Source: a virus
Taxonomy: Duplodnaviria; Caudoviricetes
IMG/VR virus record: IMGVR_UViG_3300001525_000092
Span: 84,149-148,148 of that record
DNA length: 64,000 nucleotides
Strand: one strand, 5' to 3'
The translations under genes and the position numbers were made by a program. Positions 47,268 to 56,709 of this stretch are shown piece after piece. The stretch's first letter is position 1; each line of letters opens with the position of its first letter. The notes beneath the pieces are model-generated. The model did not search any database, was not told where the DNA came from, and saw only the letters and a list, made by a program, of their open reading frames with translations.

Positions 47268-47365
47268 CCGCTGGATGGCCTTTAGGCGCCGCTGGCGGCC
47301 ATGAAATAGCCTGTCTTAATAATTATGTTAGGATGAGATTTTCATGGCCGCCAGCGGCGCCTAAA
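47268..47365 (+). repeat. dispersed GC-rich inverted-repeat element, divergent copy C
   Basis: Perfect 26-bp IR: TTTAGGCGCCGCTGGCGGCCATGAAA (47281-47306) and 47340-47365. Confidence 0.9.
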
Positions 47366-47423
47366 ACTTTATGATTAAATAGAGTTTTTCTTTGAAATTT
47401 TTATAGTTTGTTCTATATTATAT

Positions 47424-47702
47424 TTGAACAAAATAATAATGATTATGACTGGAAATATTACTTTTATGGTTTATAAGAATGGTAGAAAATATTCAAACAT
47501 CAAGTTCTCTTCAGAAGAAGAAGTTCTGAAGTTCATGGACTTCAACTTGCCAGGAGATTACTCTTTTGAAGATTACTATGACATCTTTGAGTATCCTTAT
47601 GGTTTCTTTAGAAAGAGATACAAGATCAAAGACACTAAAGAAGGTCTTGTATTTACTAGAGTTATGCCTATCAAAGAACCAAGAAAGCGTCATTTCGATT
47701 AA
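47424..47702 (+). CDS. hypothetical protein
   Basis: 92-aa ORF after promoter motif 47392-47419; start may be ATG 47439/47445. Confidence 0.55.
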   Translation: MNKIIMIMTGNITFMVYKNGRKYSNIKFSSEEEVLKFMDFNLPGDYSFEDYYDIFEYPYGFFRKRYKIKDTKEGLVFTRVMPIKEPRKRHFD

Positions 47703-47719
47703 ATTAAATTTCAAATAAC

Positions 47720-48652
47720 ATGAAGAATAAGTCTATATTGACACCTATCAAATGGACTGGATGCAAGAGAACACAAGCAGATAGAATCATAGCGCAGATG
47801 CCTGAAGACATCACATCTTATTGTGAGCTTTTCCTTGGCTCTGGTGCTGTGATGCTTCGCCTATTGAATGACTATCCAGAGAAGATCAAGAATTGCAAGC
47901 ATGTCATAGCATCAGACACTAATGCGGACTTGATTGCTATGTGGAAACTGATCAAAGACAACCCGAGTAAGTTGATTGACTTCTATTGTAAAGAATGGAA
48001 AGAACGTAACACATATCTTGGAAAGTTGCAACCTGACAACAATGAAGGTGAGATGGTAAACCATCGCAATGCTCATTACTATGCACTTCGTGACAAGTAC
48101 AATGTTCATTATATGAAAGGAACAGAAGAAGGTGGCATGGAACTGATGACATTGCTTGCATTCAACTTCAATGGGCTAGTACGTTATGGAAAGAATGGAT
48201 TCAATGCTGCTTGCATGCCTGTAGTTCCGGGCATGCATCCAGATTCAAAGAAAGAGATCATAATGAATTGTCATGAGCTTGTCAATAAATATGATGTGAA
48301 GTTTGAGAATGCTTCTTATGATAGTCTTTACATTCCTATGGGTTGCACCATATACTTGGATCCTCCATATAAGATGTTCTTGAATGAGAAAGGAAAAGAC
48401 GGTGTCTACAATGCAGGAGACTTCAATCTTGATAAGTTCTATGATTGGTGCAATGAGACATCAAAGAATTGCAATGTGTTAATTAGCTTTGATGGCGGCA
48501 CTGCCGGAGATGAAGGATTTCCTGAAGACAAGAATTGGACTAAGATTGTCAATGACACTGGTACTAGTAAGTTCAGACGTCAGATGTCTAGGACAAGAGA
48601 GCCTAACAAGTCATTGAAAACTAAAGAAAGTCTTTATGTCAAGTTGTTATAA
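47720..48652 (+). CDS. dam: DNA adenine methyltransferase (D12/Dam family)
   Basis: PIKWTGCK, ELFLGSGAV, SDTN.DLI, FNGLVRY, YLDPPY. Confidence 0.9.
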   Translation: MKNKSILTPIKWTGCKRTQADRIIAQMPEDITSYCELFLGSGAVMLRLLNDYPEKIKNCKHVIASDTNADLIAMWKLIKDNPSKLIDFYCKEWKERNTYLGKLQPDNNEGEMVNHRNAHYYALRDKYNVHYMKGTEEGGMELMTLLAFNFNGLVRYGKNGFNAACMPVVPGMHPDSKKEIIMNCHELVNKYDVKFENASYDSLYIPMGCTIYLDPPYKMFLNEKGKDGVYNAGDFNLDKFYDWCNETSKNCNVLISFDGGTAGDEGFPEDKNWTKIVNDTGTSKFRRQMSRTREPNKSLKTKESLYVKLL

Positions 48653-48986
48653 AGTGATGCAAGTTGTTGATGGGCGCTTAGAATGGCGCTTCAACAAGAA
48701 AGGATATGACACATACAAGAAAGCAGAAGATGTTCTGTTAGCTTGGTGTCCAGATGATGACTGGAGACTTGAGCAATATGCTATAGTGTACTTCAAAGAC
48801 TATGGAGAAAGACCTAGATACTATAATAGAAAGACATACATTGTTGGATTGTACTTCTTGAGAGATTGCATCTGGCAATGCATCTTCAATCAAAGAAATT
48901 TGTTAGGTCCAGTGACAGACAAGTTAGAAATTACAAAAGAGACATTAGAAAATGAGTGTAAGCAAGATAGGAATTCCATTCACTAA
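48636..48986 (+). CDS. hypothetical protein
   Basis: 116-aa ORF overlapping the end of dam. Confidence 0.55.
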   Translation: MSSCYKVMQVVDGRLEWRFNKKGYDTYKKAEDVLLAWCPDDDWRLEQYAIVYFKDYGERPRYYNRKTYIVGLYFLRDCIWQCIFNQRNLLGPVTDKLEITKETLENECKQDRNSIH

Positions 48987-49356
48987 GCAAGCTAAAGACA
49001 CAGGTTTGTTCTTTGCTTCTGACTATGTGGTGAATGGCTTGTCAGAAGAAGTTCATAGAGTGAACTACAAAGGAAAGTTGATTTATGATAGTCCTAAGAA
49101 GCTAGGTAAGCAGATTGAATATCTTGGATTGAGTGACTATCTATATAATCATCAAGATGATGCTAAAGTATACTTGCATGTTGAGTGCTTGATGGGTCTT
49201 CGTGGCTACGATGGATTCAGAGCATGTCAGCTTTATGTACAAGCTAAGTGGATGGATCTAGATACTAAGCACTATCATGTGACATCAAGCAGCATGTCAC
49301 AAGGTGAGTATTGTGAGTTCATCAAGTTGTTTAGTTGTACTTGTCTAGAATACTAA
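48952..49356 (+). CDS. hypothetical protein
   Basis: 134-aa ORF. Confidence 0.6.
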   Translation: MSVSKIGIPFTKQAKDTGLFFASDYVVNGLSEEVHRVNYKGKLIYDSPKKLGKQIEYLGLSDYLYNHQDDAKVYLHVECLMGLRGYDGFRACQLYVQAKWMDLDTKHYHVTSSSMSQGEYCEFIKLFSCTCLEY

Positions 49357-49372
49357 CATAGCTATAATAATC

Positions 49373-49897
49373 ATGACACTAGAAAGAAAGTTAGAGTATG
49401 ATGTAGTCTATCTGAAGATGGCTTGTGAGTTGCGCCCATTGTCATTTGCTATCCGTAGCAAAGTAGGATGCCTCATAGTTTCAGATGATGATCAGATCAT
49501 TGCACAAGGTTACAATGGCATGCCAAAAGGCTTTCCAAATGCTTGTGAGCATCAAGTATGGAATGAAACAACTCAGAAGTATGATTTGAAGACAAATGAT
49601 GAAGTACTTCATGCAGAATCTAATGCTATTGCAAAGTGTGCTAAGTGGGAAGCATCGTGTCAAGGAGCTACTGCTTATGTCACACTAAGTCCGTGCTTGC
49701 AATGCTCTAAGTTGTTAGTTCAGTCAGGAATCAAGAGAGTAGTCTTCTTAGATGAGTATCGAGACATGACTCCATTAGAGTTCTTGATCAAAGGTGGTGT
49801 GACAGTACAGAAGCTAGATTTGTTGCACAAGTCATTAGATGAGTACTTCATTGACAACGAGAGTGGATTACTGAGTTCATATAGAAAATACAACTAA
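49373..49897 (+). CDS. dCMP deaminase
   Basis: KVGC, GYNGMP, HAESNAI, SPCLQCSK. Confidence 0.93.
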   Translation: MTLERKLEYDVVYLKMACELRPLSFAIRSKVGCLIVSDDDQIIAQGYNGMPKGFPNACEHQVWNETTQKYDLKTNDEVLHAESNAIAKCAKWEASCQGATAYVTLSPCLQCSKLLVQSGIKRVVFLDEYRDMTPLEFLIKGGVTVQKLDLLHKSLDEYFIDNESGLLSSYRKYN

Positions 49898-49902
49898 AGC
49901 TT

Positions 49903-50565
49903 ATGTTCAACAAAGAAAAAGAAATCAATAAATCAGAGTTGTTCACTTGTCCATGGAATCAAGACAATGGATATGTGATAGACTATACGTTTGCAACACG
50001 ATTGTTCTCATTTCTGTTGAGAAACTATCAGTCAATGGCTTCTGCGCATCCTATGGACGAAGAGGAGTTTGAGTATTTGATTAGGTCTGCTGCTACCTTG
50101 AAGAAGTGGCAAATGAGTGTTCCGACAAAGCTGAACAATCAGTATTTCTCTAATCTAAAAGGACAGAAGATAGAAGCACACAAGATCAAGTACTTGAATG
50201 CCATTGGGTGTCCTAATGTGATAGATGTAGAGAAGTACATCAATCAAGAAGTTGAAGACAAAGACAAGTCTTGCTCATTGAGAGATGGAATATGGATAGC
50301 AGTCAATCCTGATGGAAAGTACAGAGCATTCATTGGATGTCCACACAGAAAGAAAGAGAAAGAGATGGTGACAGACTATGACAATGAAGAAGAAGACTAT
50401 CATGGGCATTTCTTTCATCCAGAGAAGTGGTCAGGCAACTATGTAGAATATTGGCAAGGATACTATAAAATCGACTATGACACTGGAACCATAGTAAATT
50501 CTTTAGACTTGCCTGCTAAGTTTCAAGGAATGACTTGGGAAGATAATCCAAAGCTATTGTTATGA
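49903..50565 (+). CDS. hypothetical protein
   Basis: 220 aa; WIAVNPDG...MTWEDNP C-terminal domain pattern, recalled from Bacteroidota phages. Confidence 0.65.
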   Translation: MFNKEKEINKSELFTCPWNQDNGYVIDYTFATRLFSFLLRNYQSMASAHPMDEEEFEYLIRSAATLKKWQMSVPTKLNNQYFSNLKGQKIEAHKIKYLNAIGCPNVIDVEKYINQEVEDKDKSCSLRDGIWIAVNPDGKYRAFIGCPHRKKEKEMVTDYDNEEEDYHGHFFHPEKWSGNYVEYWQGYYKIDYDTGTIVNSLDLPAKFQGMTWEDNPKLLL

Positions 50566-50630
50566 AAATAGTTTGAAATATAAATAGATTGTTCTATATT
50601 TAGTACGTAAATTCTAAATGTAGAACAATT

Positions 50631-52478
50631 ATGGCATATATACTTAAGCATCCTACTTGGTTCTCGGAGAGACCAAGATGCAAGACAAACAACTTTGGCA
50701 TCATTCCATCTTCTAAGTTCTTGTATAAAGAGAATGAGATTGAAGCATACAAGAATAGCTCATCATTGATGTCACAAGCATTGATGATTGTGTCAAATCA
50801 AGTGACAGAGAAGTCTGCATCACTCATATGCAAGAAGAACTCTGATTCTAGTTATACTAATGGCAAGAGAATTGTCATTGGAATGAATCCAATCAAGCAA
50901 CATGATGACTTGTTTGATGGCATGGACATTGAGATTGGATTAGCATGTCATGAGTCATGTCACTGTGCTTACACTGACTTCAATGACTATTCTATGATGA
51001 AGTGCAACTATCCTATAGCTCACTGGCTTCATAACTTATATGAAGATGAGTGCATAGAAGAGATGCTAGGAAAGAGATATCCACAATGGATGCACTTCTT
51101 AGATGCTATCATCAGTCATTACTTCACTTCTAAGAAGTTCATCTCAGAGACTAAGAAGCTATATGACACAGATGACAATATTGGAATAGCTCAGTTCATG
51201 ATATTGTTCATGGTCAGAAAGTCAGAGTTCTCTAATAGATTTCCATCTGAATGGATGGATCAGTTTGGTCCTATGCTTGACGAGATATATGAGAAAGTGA
51301 TAGTGAATCTAGAGAAAGCAAAAGACAACTGTCAGTACACTCCTACTTCACTCACTTCTAAGTCAGCATTAGATACTATAGAGATTATCAAGAAGTATGT
51401 CACTCTTGATGACTTAGTTTCTAAGCTGAAGAAACCAAGTCTTGGAATGATAGGAAATAGTTCTTCAGAAGGAAATCCTAATCAAGACAAGAACTGTGGC
51501 GAGAATGGACTGTTCAGTCCAAACACTAGAAAAGACAGAAAGAAGTCAAGCGATGCTATTGACAATAGATATGAGAATGCAAAGAAAGAAGCAAATAAAG
51601 AAGAATCTAGCAAAGATGGACAGTCTAGTCCTGTCAACAAAGCAGAGTTCAATACTGCATCGAAAGAGATAGGAGCAGCCAAGCCAACTCAATCAGACAT
51701 TGCAAAGTACAACAGAGCAGCTAGTCAAGTAAGAGAAGAAATTTCTATTGCTAAGAGAATAATCATTCCTAATGACAAGAAAATTGAATTAGAAGATGAT
51801 AAGTTCCATCGAAATGGCCAGCTCATCAACTCTCATCTTGTCCAGGCAATCCAAGGAGTGAACTGTGTCTATCAAAGAAAAGTGCAGAAAGTCAAAGATT
51901 CTACCAATCCAAAATATGCTTTTGTCATAGCAATAGATGAATCTGGATCAATGGGATATGGAACTACATTGTGTCCTAGCATCATAGCTAGCTATCTTTC
52001 TATCATATTCTATGAGGCAATGAAAGACTTTCCTGGCATAGACATCTTCATATATGGACATGGAGACAATGTAGTCAAGTATGTGAGTCCTAAAGACAAG
52101 AACCCAGGAAGACTTGCTTGTCGTCAAGTTCAACTAAGTCAGAATGAAGCTATCTCTTATGACACTATATTGAGAGATGTAAGATTGCAGACCAACAAGC
52201 AGATATTCTTCTTGAACATCACTGATAGCATGTACTTAGAGGATGACAAGAAGATAATCAGTGTGATTGATAAGTGGAAGCTTGAGAATGTATTGTTTGG
52301 ACTTCTATCCATCAAGACAGAAATACAACATAGTCAATATTCTTATGTAGTCAAGCTCAATGAGTACTTATATGGCGACAGATACATAGAAGTAAATGAG
52401 ACAGAGAATGGAATGAAAGAAGCACTTAAGAAATTTGCTACTATCATAAGAAAGAACTATGACAAGTTCAAGAGATAG
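50631..52478 (+). CDS. vWA-domain protein with N-terminal HExxH (CobT-like MoxR partner)
   Basis: CHESCH..YTD, HN.YEDE.IE, MIDAS DESGSM, ITD; own promoter at 50573-50600. Confidence 0.85.
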   Translation: MAYILKHPTWFSERPRCKTNNFGIIPSSKFLYKENEIEAYKNSSSLMSQALMIVSNQVTEKSASLICKKNSDSSYTNGKRIVIGMNPIKQHDDLFDGMDIEIGLACHESCHCAYTDFNDYSMMKCNYPIAHWLHNLYEDECIEEMLGKRYPQWMHFLDAIISHYFTSKKFISETKKLYDTDDNIGIAQFMILFMVRKSEFSNRFPSEWMDQFGPMLDEIYEKVIVNLEKAKDNCQYTPTSLTSKSALDTIEIIKKYVTLDDLVSKLKKPSLGMIGNSSSEGNPNQDKNCGENGLFSPNTRKDRKKSSDAIDNRYENAKKEANKEESSKDGQSSPVNKAEFNTASKEIGAAKPTQSDIAKYNRAASQVREEISIAKRIIIPNDKKIELEDDKFHRNGQLINSHLVQAIQGVNCVYQRKVQKVKDSTNPKYAFVIAIDESGSMGYGTTLCPSIIASYLSIIFYEAMKDFPGIDIFIYGHGDNVVKYVSPKDKNPGRLACRQVQLSQNEAISYDTILRDVRLQTNKQIFFLNITDSMYLEDDKKIISVIDKWKLENVLFGLLSIKTEIQHSQYSYVVKLNEYLYGDRYIEVNETENGMKEALKKFATIIRKNYDKFKR

Positions 52479-52485
52479 TCATAGA

Positions 52486-52584
52486 ATGCCGCCAGGAGTC
52501 GCTGGGCGCCGCTGGCGGCCGCGAAATGACTCAGACTATAAATTATATATCCGAACAAATTTTAAGGCCGCCAGCGTCAAATTT
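52486..52584 (+). repeat. dispersed GC-rich inverted-repeat element, copy D
   Basis: Near-identical to copy A; 7 nt after the vWA gene stop. Confidence 0.95.
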
Positions 52585-52656
52585 AACATTTGTTAATAGA
52601 TATCATTTTTAATTGATTCTATGACTTATTTTTATCTATAAATTGATTATAAAGAG

Positions 52657-53922
52657 ATGAATAGTTTCTTAGACAACTTTCAACCTACTATAGTGCAGTT
52701 CTCAGATGATCCTTGTGTTCCATTGTCTTGTAGAGGCAGATACATGCTTTGCATCAACATAACAGGAATCAAGTGGTTTGAAGAGAACTTTCTGAAGCTA
52801 GAGATAGGAGGACTGATAGAAGGTGAAGCGCTTGGTCCTAGTCTTCTGATGCTAGAAGATAGTGGGGCTAACAAGCTTGATGTCCCTAGAGTGTATGTTC
52901 CTATCAATGAAGACTTAGTGAAGTCAGATGCATTGCTAGGAAAGTTCTTGATATCTGGTCTTACTGACAACTTAGTGTATGCTGAAGGAATAGAGTACTT
53001 CAGACCAGGTCAAGACTATTATGTGAATGAGACATTGTATAAGTGGATAGTTCGCAAAGAAGATCATCAAGGAAATCTTGTAGCACCCATAGATGAAGAG
53101 AATGATGACATAGTGCTGCCTGACTATCTAGTGTATGATGACAAGACGGAGACTTGTTCTTTGTCTGATGCATTTAATGAGTTGACTGATGAAGAGAAGA
53201 AGACAAAGAACTTCAAGTACTTCTTGAACAAGAACAAGATGATAGGAATGAAGTTCAGTGATGATGAGCTTGAGAACTTAGCATCAACATTCTTCAAGTA
53301 TGTTCTAGAGTACACTATGATAGAAGACAGCGCAAGAACTATATATCCTAACAATGGATATGATGCTGTCATGAAGTACTTTGCTAACTTCAAGTCGGAT
53401 GCTGCTACTGTCTTGTTGCAAACAATATTCAATCAAGACATTGTTGATGACAATGCTAATGACAATGTCACATACAAATGCAACTCTTGCTCAAACACTA
53501 TCACTTCTATGAGCGGATCTTCAACTATAGAAGAGAAGAGTTGCTATGAGAAGTACAAAGATGCAATGGACATCTGGCTATCAAGTATGTTGGCTTCTAT
53601 TGACTATTACAATGATTGGTTCATGATAAGAGAATGTGATTCAAAGTATGCTAACTATGACTTGATAGACATTCTCATAGACTTATTGAAGTCAGCTATA
53701 GGATACAATCATTATCCTATGAGTGAGAAGTCTAAGAAAAAGTATGGGTGCTCATGTCCTAGCCTAGATTCATCTTATGATGATGAGAGTGATTGCAACA
53801 AGAACATACTGATGAACTACATCAAAGTTCTAGAATGGACAAAGAAGTGTGAGCTGAAGCAGAACACTAACAAGATAAGAGTATATGGAAAAGAGTTTGC
53901 TACACTTCTTTCTAAATACTAA
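52657..53922 (+). CDS. hypothetical protein (late class)
   Basis: 421-aa acidic ORF with CNSC/CSCP; TATTTTTA upstream. Confidence 0.7.
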   Translation: MNSFLDNFQPTIVQFSDDPCVPLSCRGRYMLCINITGIKWFEENFLKLEIGGLIEGEALGPSLLMLEDSGANKLDVPRVYVPINEDLVKSDALLGKFLISGLTDNLVYAEGIEYFRPGQDYYVNETLYKWIVRKEDHQGNLVAPIDEENDDIVLPDYLVYDDKTETCSLSDAFNELTDEEKKTKNFKYFLNKNKMIGMKFSDDELENLASTFFKYVLEYTMIEDSARTIYPNNGYDAVMKYFANFKSDAATVLLQTIFNQDIVDDNANDNVTYKCNSCSNTITSMSGSSTIEEKSCYEKYKDAMDIWLSSMLASIDYYNDWFMIRECDSKYANYDLIDILIDLLKSAIGYNHYPMSEKSKKKYGCSCPSLDSSYDDESDCNKNILMNYIKVLEWTKKCELKQNTNKIRVYGKEFATLLSKY

Positions 53923-53952
53923 TAAGAACATAACATAACAGTAATACAAAAT

Positions 53953-54315
53953 ATGAAAAGTTTAAGTGAGACGTTGAATGAAGCATTGCAAGTGAATGAA
54001 TCGAGTGACAAGTACTTGAGATTCACTTTTGGTGACTTAGGACATGCAGATGAGACAATCAAGTCAATAGAAGACTTAGGATCAAAGAATGACATCTACA
54101 CAGAGAAAATTGATGGAGGCATCAAGATAAAAGTAAATGACTCTAACAGAGACAAAGCTGAATTTATTCAAGATGTTTTGCAGCAATATGTACAGAAGAT
54201 GCAAGATGATGAGAAAGCTGATCAAGACAAAGTGAAAGCACTAGCAGATCAGCTCAACAAGCTTTCTGACTTCATAGATGATGAAGATGATGAAGACAAT
54301 GATGAAGGAGAATAA
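53953..54315 (+). CDS. acidic protein with MKSLSETLNEA N-terminus (putative head-internal protein)
   Basis: N-terminus like those of 26125 and 26831. Confidence 0.6.
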   Translation: MKSLSETLNEALQVNESSDKYLRFTFGDLGHADETIKSIEDLGSKNDIYTEKIDGGIKIKVNDSNRDKAEFIQDVLQQYVQKMQDDEKADQDKVKALADQLNKLSDFIDDEDDEDNDEGE

Positions 54316-54339
54316 ATCCTTTTTCATTGACTTGACATG

Positions 54340-54369
54340 AAAATGGCAGAACTTAAGTTCTGCCATTTT
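54340..54369. terminator. perfect 30-bp palindrome between convergent genes
   Basis: AAAATGGCAGAACTT|AAGTTCTGCCATTTT. Confidence 0.75.
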
Positions 54370-54375
54370 TTGTTA

Positions 54376-55485
54376 TCAATTCTGGTGTATGAATATGTAG
54401 TCATCTAAGTTCTTTCCATTCTTCTTAGCATAATCTATGAACGAATTGTATTCAGATATAGTTCCACTCCAGATGTAAGTAGGAACATTGTCATAAGCTC
54501 TGTACATGTACTTTCTAGAGTTGAGCTCATTTATTTGCTTCTGTAAGTTGTAAGCCATAGAGTTAGGATTCTTAGGATCTGTCTGTCTCTCTAGCTCTTG
54601 GACTCTTTCTTCTAGTGCTATGTATGATGAGAGCAATGATTGCCAAGACACTACATAAGGAGTGAAATAAGAATTTTTAGTGTTCACTATATTGCTTAGA
54701 TCTTTGTCTTTAGCATAGTCATAGTGCAATCCATCATTGTCTAGAGTAGTCTTGTCTTTGTCGGTGTAGTCATAGCTGAATGTACCCCAGTACAAGTTCT
54801 TAGCACCAGTGATAGAAGTGCTTGTCACATAGCTATATGCTATAGTCACTTTGCTAGATATTGGGTTCACATCATCATCACCATATTCCTTTATAGTGTC
54901 TAATATAGGTGTGTAAGTGACATTCATGCGTTCTATCACTTTGCTAGAGTTGTTCAATAAGTTGACATAAGATGAATTGAATGTCAGTGCTCTTGTGTTG
55001 TATAGTGTGTGGCTACCATCTTTGTTGTCAGAATAGTCAAGAGACAAGTCTGGGTCCTTCAAGTCAAAGAAGTTAGTGTCTATGTCAGTGAATGGTGGAG
55101 TAAGTCTTATCAAGTTGCCAAGATGATCAGTGACTAACAAGTCATACTTTCCGTTGTCTATGTATTCTATAAGTGATGAATAAGAAGTAGTAGTAGATCC
55201 AATGTTGACATCTGTTCCTTCTTCATATACATCATTGTCATTAGTGTCTATGAATTGTGATGTTGTTGTAGTAGTCACTATGTTGTAAGTAGAAGTTGAC
55301 TGCGGAGCACATACTATGAATGAGTTCTTTATGTTAGTTCCGAGTCCATTGTAAGTAGTGCCACCATTCTCATAAGTTGATGCCCACTCATTGAATCTAG
55401 ACAATTCATCGAATGATGCATCTGATATCATCACTCCAAACTCTTGTCCTTGGTTGTATGTCAAGTTGCCTAAGAATGCTTTCAT
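54376..55485 (-). CDS. tail fibre-associated protein
   Basis: Coiled coil, then a YIWSGTISEYN...YIFIH C-terminal motif shared with 61280-62092. Confidence 0.6.
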   Translation of the reverse strand: MKAFLGNLTYNQGQEFGVMISDASFDELSRFNEWASTYENGGTTYNGLGTNIKNSFIVCAPQSTSTYNIVTTTTTSQFIDTNDNDVYEEGTDVNIGSTTTSYSSLIEYIDNGKYDLLVTDHLGNLIRLTPPFTDIDTNFFDLKDPDLSLDYSDNKDGSHTLYNTRALTFNSSYVNLLNNSSKVIERMNVTYTPILDTIKEYGDDDVNPISSKVTIAYSYVTSTSITGAKNLYWGTFSYDYTDKDKTTLDNDGLHYDYAKDKDLSNIVNTKNSYFTPYVVSWQSLLSSYIALEERVQELERQTDPKNPNSMAYNLQKQINELNSRKYMYRAYDNVPTYIWSGTISEYNSFIDYAKKNGKNLDDYIFIHQN

Positions 55486-55491
55486 TTCTTG

Positions 55492-56271
55492 TTATTTGAT
55501 GTTATATCTTTCTTGATCTGATGCAGGAGAAGCATCTAAGTCTTTGTATATGTTGATGTGCTCATTGTAAGATCCAATGACTTGATCATTCCTCATCTCT
55601 GTCAACTCATCTATCTGTGGATATGTGGTAGTGATCTTCAGTGAGAACTCTACTGTCTTCTGATTAGTGTCAGAGCTAGTCATGTCAATCTTGTTGATTT
55701 CTATAGACTGTTCTGTTGGCCAGTCTATAGAGCACTCTATCACATTTCCTAAGTATGTTATGTTGTAGTACTTGTTGAACACTAGCTTAGAAAGCACTTC
55801 TTCTATGAGTATCATCGACTCATTGTAGTTAGACAGAACATACTTGCATTTCAGCGATATCTCTAACGGAAGTCTTCTCACCTCTGCATTCATGCCTGTC
55901 AAGTCAGTGCCTATTCTTCTCTCATAAGTTCCTCTGACATAAGGTTGTGTCAGCTCTTCTAGCGGAACAGACACACTATCCACTTCTACTATGCATCTAG
56001 GCATCGACATGTATAGGCTGTCTTCTCCTGTCACTTCTGTTGTGCTATAAGAATACCCATTAGACTCAACATACAAGTAAGAAGAACCAGTGTTGAATAT
56101 GAAGTGCTTGATAGGCTTTCCATACATCACTACATTTCTAGACAAGAATGACAGTGCTCCTTTGACTACAATAGACAAGAATCTGTCATCTTCATCGGCT
56201 AGTCCATCAAATGACTCTCTCATCCATGGTCTTATCCATTTGTCTGTCTTCTTGTTTACTAAGCTCTGCAT
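55492..56271 (-). CDS. tail terminator / sheath stabiliser (T4 gp15-like)
   Basis: MPRC.V..., RRLPLEISL...NESMILIEEVLSKL, FSLKITTTYP pattern. Confidence 0.55.
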   Translation of the reverse strand: MQSLVNKKTDKWIRPWMRESFDGLADEDDRFLSIVVKGALSFLSRNVVMYGKPIKHFIFNTGSSYLYVESNGYSYSTTEVTGEDSLYMSMPRCIVEVDSVSVPLEELTQPYVRGTYERRIGTDLTGMNAEVRRLPLEISLKCKYVLSNYNESMILIEEVLSKLVFNKYYNITYLGNVIECSIDWPTEQSIEINKIDMTSSDTNQKTVEFSLKITTTYPQIDELTEMRNDQVIGSYNEHINIYKDLDASPASDQERYNIK

Positions 56272-56343
56272 CTAGATTATGATGAAATTTATAAGTAAAA
56301 ATACCTATATTTCATACAATACTTTTATTACATATCACATAAC

Positions 56344-56709
56344 ATGACATATAAGATACTAGACTTAACTAAAGGAGAAGAATCACTTCCTTTGTTGATG
56401 GAATACATGTCTAAGAAGGAAGGAGATGGAAAGTATGTTCCTATGAGCACATTCATAAGCAACTTGAAGTTCGCAACTATATTTGCTGCTACACCAGACA
56501 GAGTGCTCCCATTCATATTAGATGATGACTTCTTTGTCTGTGCAACAAACGGATTAGACAAGACAATCATAGAAGAAACTATCAATTTCATGTCTAAGCA
56601 TCCTAATCTGAAAGGATTGAAGAAGCTTACTATGGAAGATGAGTTCACTGGAAAGTACTTGAGTGTGCCTAGACTATTAGTGAATGGGATATCTTATGTT
56701 GAGAACTAG
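56344..56709 (+). CDS. hypothetical protein
   Basis: 121-aa ORF inserted against the minus-strand block. Confidence 0.6.
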   Translation: MTYKILDLTKGEESLPLLMEYMSKKEGDGKYVPMSTFISNLKFATIFAATPDRVLPFILDDDFFVCATNGLDKTIIEETINFMSKHPNLKGLKKLTMEDEFTGKYLSVPRLLVNGISYVEN

